Assembly (NCBI GenBank): GCA_963794325.1
Contig: CAWCDG010000009.1
Coordinates: 64,001 to 128,000, forward strand
Source of the DNA: an uncultured delta proteobacterium
Lineage (GTDB): Bacteria; Desulfobacterota; Binatia; Binatales; Binataceae
Direction of reading: 5' to 3'
Length of the DNA: 64,000 nt
The notes beneath the pieces were generated by a model. The model was not told the origin of the DNA, searched no databases, and saw only the letters and a program-made list of their open reading frames with translations. Shown piece after piece: positions 61,490-64,000 of this stretch. The position numbers and the translations under genes were made by a program. Each line of letters opens with the position of its first letter. Position 1 is the stretch's first letter.

Positions 61490-61650
61490 AGCCGGGAGAG
61501 TGTTACGTCGTCAAAGTAGCGTTGAGGATATTATCAGGCCCGCGCAACACGAGAAAATCACGAATGTCGACCGAAACCGCACTCCGGGTCAGTCTTTTCT
61601 GTCCAGAAGGGGGCGGGTTGAGGGAAGAGATTCCTAAATTACCCCGATAG

Positions 61651-62226
61651 CTATCGCGAGGCTTCCGACACGAGCGCCGGATGATGCGCCGGCAACTGGC
61701 AGAAACTGTCGCTCTCGATTTGCAGCGCTCGATTGAATCGCGCGCGCATATTCTCGAGCGCGATAGTCGCCGTCAGATCGACGATTTGCTCGGTATTGAA
61801 ATGCCGCTTGAGCTCCTCGAACACATCGTCGGGCACATCGACTGAAGCCAGCGTCATCTCTTCTGCATAGCGCAGCGCCGCGCGCTCGGCGGGAGTGAAT
61901 AGCGGATTCTCCGCATACTCCGCCAGTGCGGCGAGCTTCTCTTCGCTAAGTCCGACCCGGCTGCCACCGGCAGCATTGATATCTATTCAGAAAACGCACC
62001 CGATCATCTGCGCTGCGCGCAAACAAACCATCCGCTTCAGAGCCGGCGGAGTGACCTTCGAGCTTTCGATCGACTGCTGGAATATCGACATCGTGAATGT
62101 GATACCGGGTCGATACGCCCACGCCTTATACGGATTGAGAACTTTGCCGAGCTGCCGCTTCATCATCCAGGTGAACGGCTTCAGGAGCCAGCTAATCTGA
62201 TTTTCTTCGAGCGGTTCAATACGCAT
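61651..62226 (-). CDS. AhpD/carboxymuconolactone decarboxylase-like protein with in-frame UGA (probable CxxU selenoprotein)
   Basis: Frame continues past TGA 61987-61989: AAQMIGCVF-U-IDIN...ERAALRYAEEMT...ENMRARFNRAL, 191 codons. Confidence 0.8.
61960..61974 (-). promoter_or_regulatory. Putative bacterial SECIS hairpin
   Basis: GCUGCC-GGU-GGCAGC, with the G-starting loop 18 nt after the UGA. Confidence 0.65.
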
Positions 62227-62241
62227 AGGAATAAACTCCGG

Positions 62242-62679
62242 CTATGCAGCGCGCGCTCGCACCGCGCGAGTTTCATCCGACTGACTATAGAGGATAACAG
62301 TAATCGCAATTAGTAAGATCGCTGGAATGTAGATACCCAGCACCTCGGTCACCAGATGCTCAGTCGAGAGCAATCCCGCGGCATGTGAGTATATGTGCAA
62401 CGCGGAATGCATCGCGCCGGCAACGGCGGCAACTACAACCGCAATCGCGTTGCGCCGAGGATTCATCGCCGCCGCAACCAGTCCGATGCCCACCGCGAGA
62501 AAGAACGTCCCACCGTCCATCACGAGGTGCATATTATACGCCCCAGTCTCAGGCACCCCCGGCACCAGTTTGAAGAACCACGACGATGGAAAGAAGAACA
62601 TCTCGATACCATTGACGATATCGAGCGCCGCGAGAATCCAGAGGACAGGTACGACCCATCGAGGCAGTTTGGATTTCAT
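62242..62679 (-). CDS. Four-TM membrane protein with conserved-looking His residues
   Basis: P..WF..VPGV..TG.YN.H...D.G; H..LH..SH; likely co-transcribed with the AhpD-like gene. Confidence 0.7.
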   Translation of the reverse strand: MKSKLPRWVVPVLWILAALDIVNGIEMFFFPSSWFFKLVPGVPETGAYNMHLVMDGGTFFLAVGIGLVAAAMNPRRNAIAVVVAAVAGAMHSALHIYSHAAGLLSTEHLVTEVLGIYIPAILLIAITVILYSQSDETRAVRARAA

Positions 62680-62853
62680 CCAGCATCTCTCCGCAAGATA
62701 GATGTACCTCGCCCCAAACCGCGAATCCACGACCCGCAGTCCCAGCGCCGCCCACAATCACAAAATCTGGAGGGGGGAAGATTAGCGGGGCGGAGGAGTC
62801 GCCTCTTGGGGACAAGAGGACTCCCAGCTTCCATGGCAGTTCTACTGAGGCGT

Positions 62854-63900
62854 TTAGACCTGGCTCACGGTATAGGCCACCTGGCTTCCGTCGAAATACG
62901 GCTTGTAGTACGTCGATCCATAGACGTAGTAACTGTTTCCGTTGATGGTCGTAGAGTAAGCCCCGTTAGGAAGCTGATAAACGTTCGCCCCGATGGGTGC
63001 CGTTACGATTTCGTACCCAGCCCCGTTCTGCTGATAGAAGATGCCGTTCGAGTAGTAGAAAGTTGCGCCGTAGGCGTAGGCGATGGTGGCACCCGGTGGC
63101 AGATACGCGATTGTCGAGCCAATCACAGGTGCGCCGTATTGCGGGCTAGCTCCGGCGTAGTAGGGAGCCGGCGCCGGATTGTTGATGATCGTGGTGGATG
63201 ACGGCTGTTGGTTCATCGCCGAGCCAACTACCATGCCTGCAGCCAGTCCGCCTACAGCGCCGAGTGCCGCAGCACCGGCGACATCACCCGAGCTATATCC
63301 TCCTCCGCCGCAGCAGTAATAGGGATTACCTCCACCGCCGCCGTAGTAGTTGTTGTTGTTGCTACTGTCATAGTTGTTGATCGTGGCATCTTGCTTGTTC
63401 TGCAGTTTCTTTTCGGTGTTTTCGTTGTTCTTTTGAAGAGTATTCGCTTCGTTGTATCTGGCCTGCTGCTGCTCTTCCTGGTTGGCGTTGTAAGTGTTGT
63501 AGTCCGATTGCTTGTCTGCCGAACTAGAGCTGCCTCCGTAGCTGTTCCCGGAGCTGCTTCCAGAGTGCTGCCAGGATTGGCCGCCCGAAGAGTAGCTATC
63601 GGAGTGGCTGACATTGCCGCCCCCAAAGCCGTCGCCACCTCCGCCGTGACCGCCCCAGCCGCCTCCGCCACCTCCCCATCCGCCTCCGCCGCCACGGCCG
63701 CCCCATCCGCCACCACCGCCACCACCCCAACCACCACCGCCGCCACCACCTCGACCACCCCAGCCGCCACCGCCTCGACCACCGCCGCCGCCCCATCTGG
63801 CATAGGCTTGCGGAGCGGTTAGCAAAGAAACTCCGGCGATCAGGATGGCGATTTGAAGCGCGAGTCTTCTGCTGGTCGAAGGATTCGATTTGTTGTTCAC
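62854..63900 (-). CDS. Secreted Gly-rich protein with Tyr-rich (DUF6515-like) C-terminus
   Basis: Signal peptide, GGGGW repeats, LP.G...Y.Y..G..Y repeats. Confidence 0.7.
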   Translation of the reverse strand: MNNKSNPSTSRRLALQIAILIAGVSLLTAPQAYARWGGGGGRGGGGWGGRGGGGGGGWGGGGGGGWGGRGGGGGWGGGGGGWGGHGGGGDGFGGGNVSHSDSYSSGGQSWQHSGSSSGNSYGGSSSSADKQSDYNTYNANQEEQQQARYNEANTLQKNNENTEKKLQNKQDATINNYDSSNNNNYYGGGGGNPYYCCGGGGYSSGDVAGAAALGAVGGLAAGMVVGSAMNQQPSSTTIINNPAPAPYYAGASPQYGAPVIGSTIAYLPPGATIAYAYGATFYYSNGIFYQQNGAGYEIVTAPIGANVYQLPNGAYSTTINGNSYYVYGSTYYKPYFDGSQVAYTVSQV

Positions 63901-64000
63901 GGCTTTGTCTCCTTCACCTTCATGATGTCGATCCGCTTGGCGTCCTTCGGAAGGTCGGGACGAAACACGCTCGCCGGGATGCTCTCCGGGAATTTCCAGT
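63897..64000 (-). CDS. C-terminal end of a DUF2092-like periplasmic protein (partial)
   Basis: Manual translation WKFPESIPASVFRPDLPKDAKRIDIMKVKETKP*, stop overlaps the next GTG. Confidence 0.45.
   Translation of the reverse strand, partial: WKFPESIPASVFRPDLPKDAKRIDIMKVKETKP

Noticed and set aside
63640-63800. CCGCCA-type tandem repeats as a possible array
   Set aside because: They encode the Gly-rich GGGGW region of the minus-strand protein
1-64000. CRISPR array, integrase or transposase
   Set aside because: No regularly spaced repeats and no recombinase or transposase motifs seen in any ORF

Overview
GC-rich bacterial window. Gene content (two DUF1329 paralogs, amidohydrolase, several lineage-type hypotheticals) suggests a soil Candidatus Binatia/Deltaproteobacteria-like genome; this is inference only. 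Two degenerate tRNA-Leu 3' fragments (20113-20172, 33422-33482) look like att scars that divide the left half into accreted islands. The first island holds msrPQ, a bufferin-type MNIO RiPP cluster with DoxX, NDH-2, a zf-HC2 anti-sigma, a sigma54 activator and an unusual STAS-ECF sigma fusion. A shared ECF-type promoter motif, G(A/T)AACC-N17/18-TC(A/C/T)(A/T)A, precedes six of its transcription units. The second island holds a TetR/Rieske operon, a frameshifted mprF with acvB/virJ, a tandem DUF29 gene, an acyltransferase and a DUF1329 gene. The right half holds a Cus-like RND efflux operon, fpg-like, EVE, ppa, a MEDS-PAS sigma54 activator driving two novel paralogs, an MdtAB-like RND pair and a probable AhpD-like CxxU selenoprotein. 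The most novel signal is two unrelated ~110-aa signal-peptide ORFs that both end in LALLCxxxI-stop. In each, the bases at and just after the stop codon are complementary to the Shine-Dalgarno/start of the next gene across a hairpin-rich 146-185 nt spacer. This is a candidate undescribed leader-peptide translational switch. Family assignments come from motif recognition, not from database searches.
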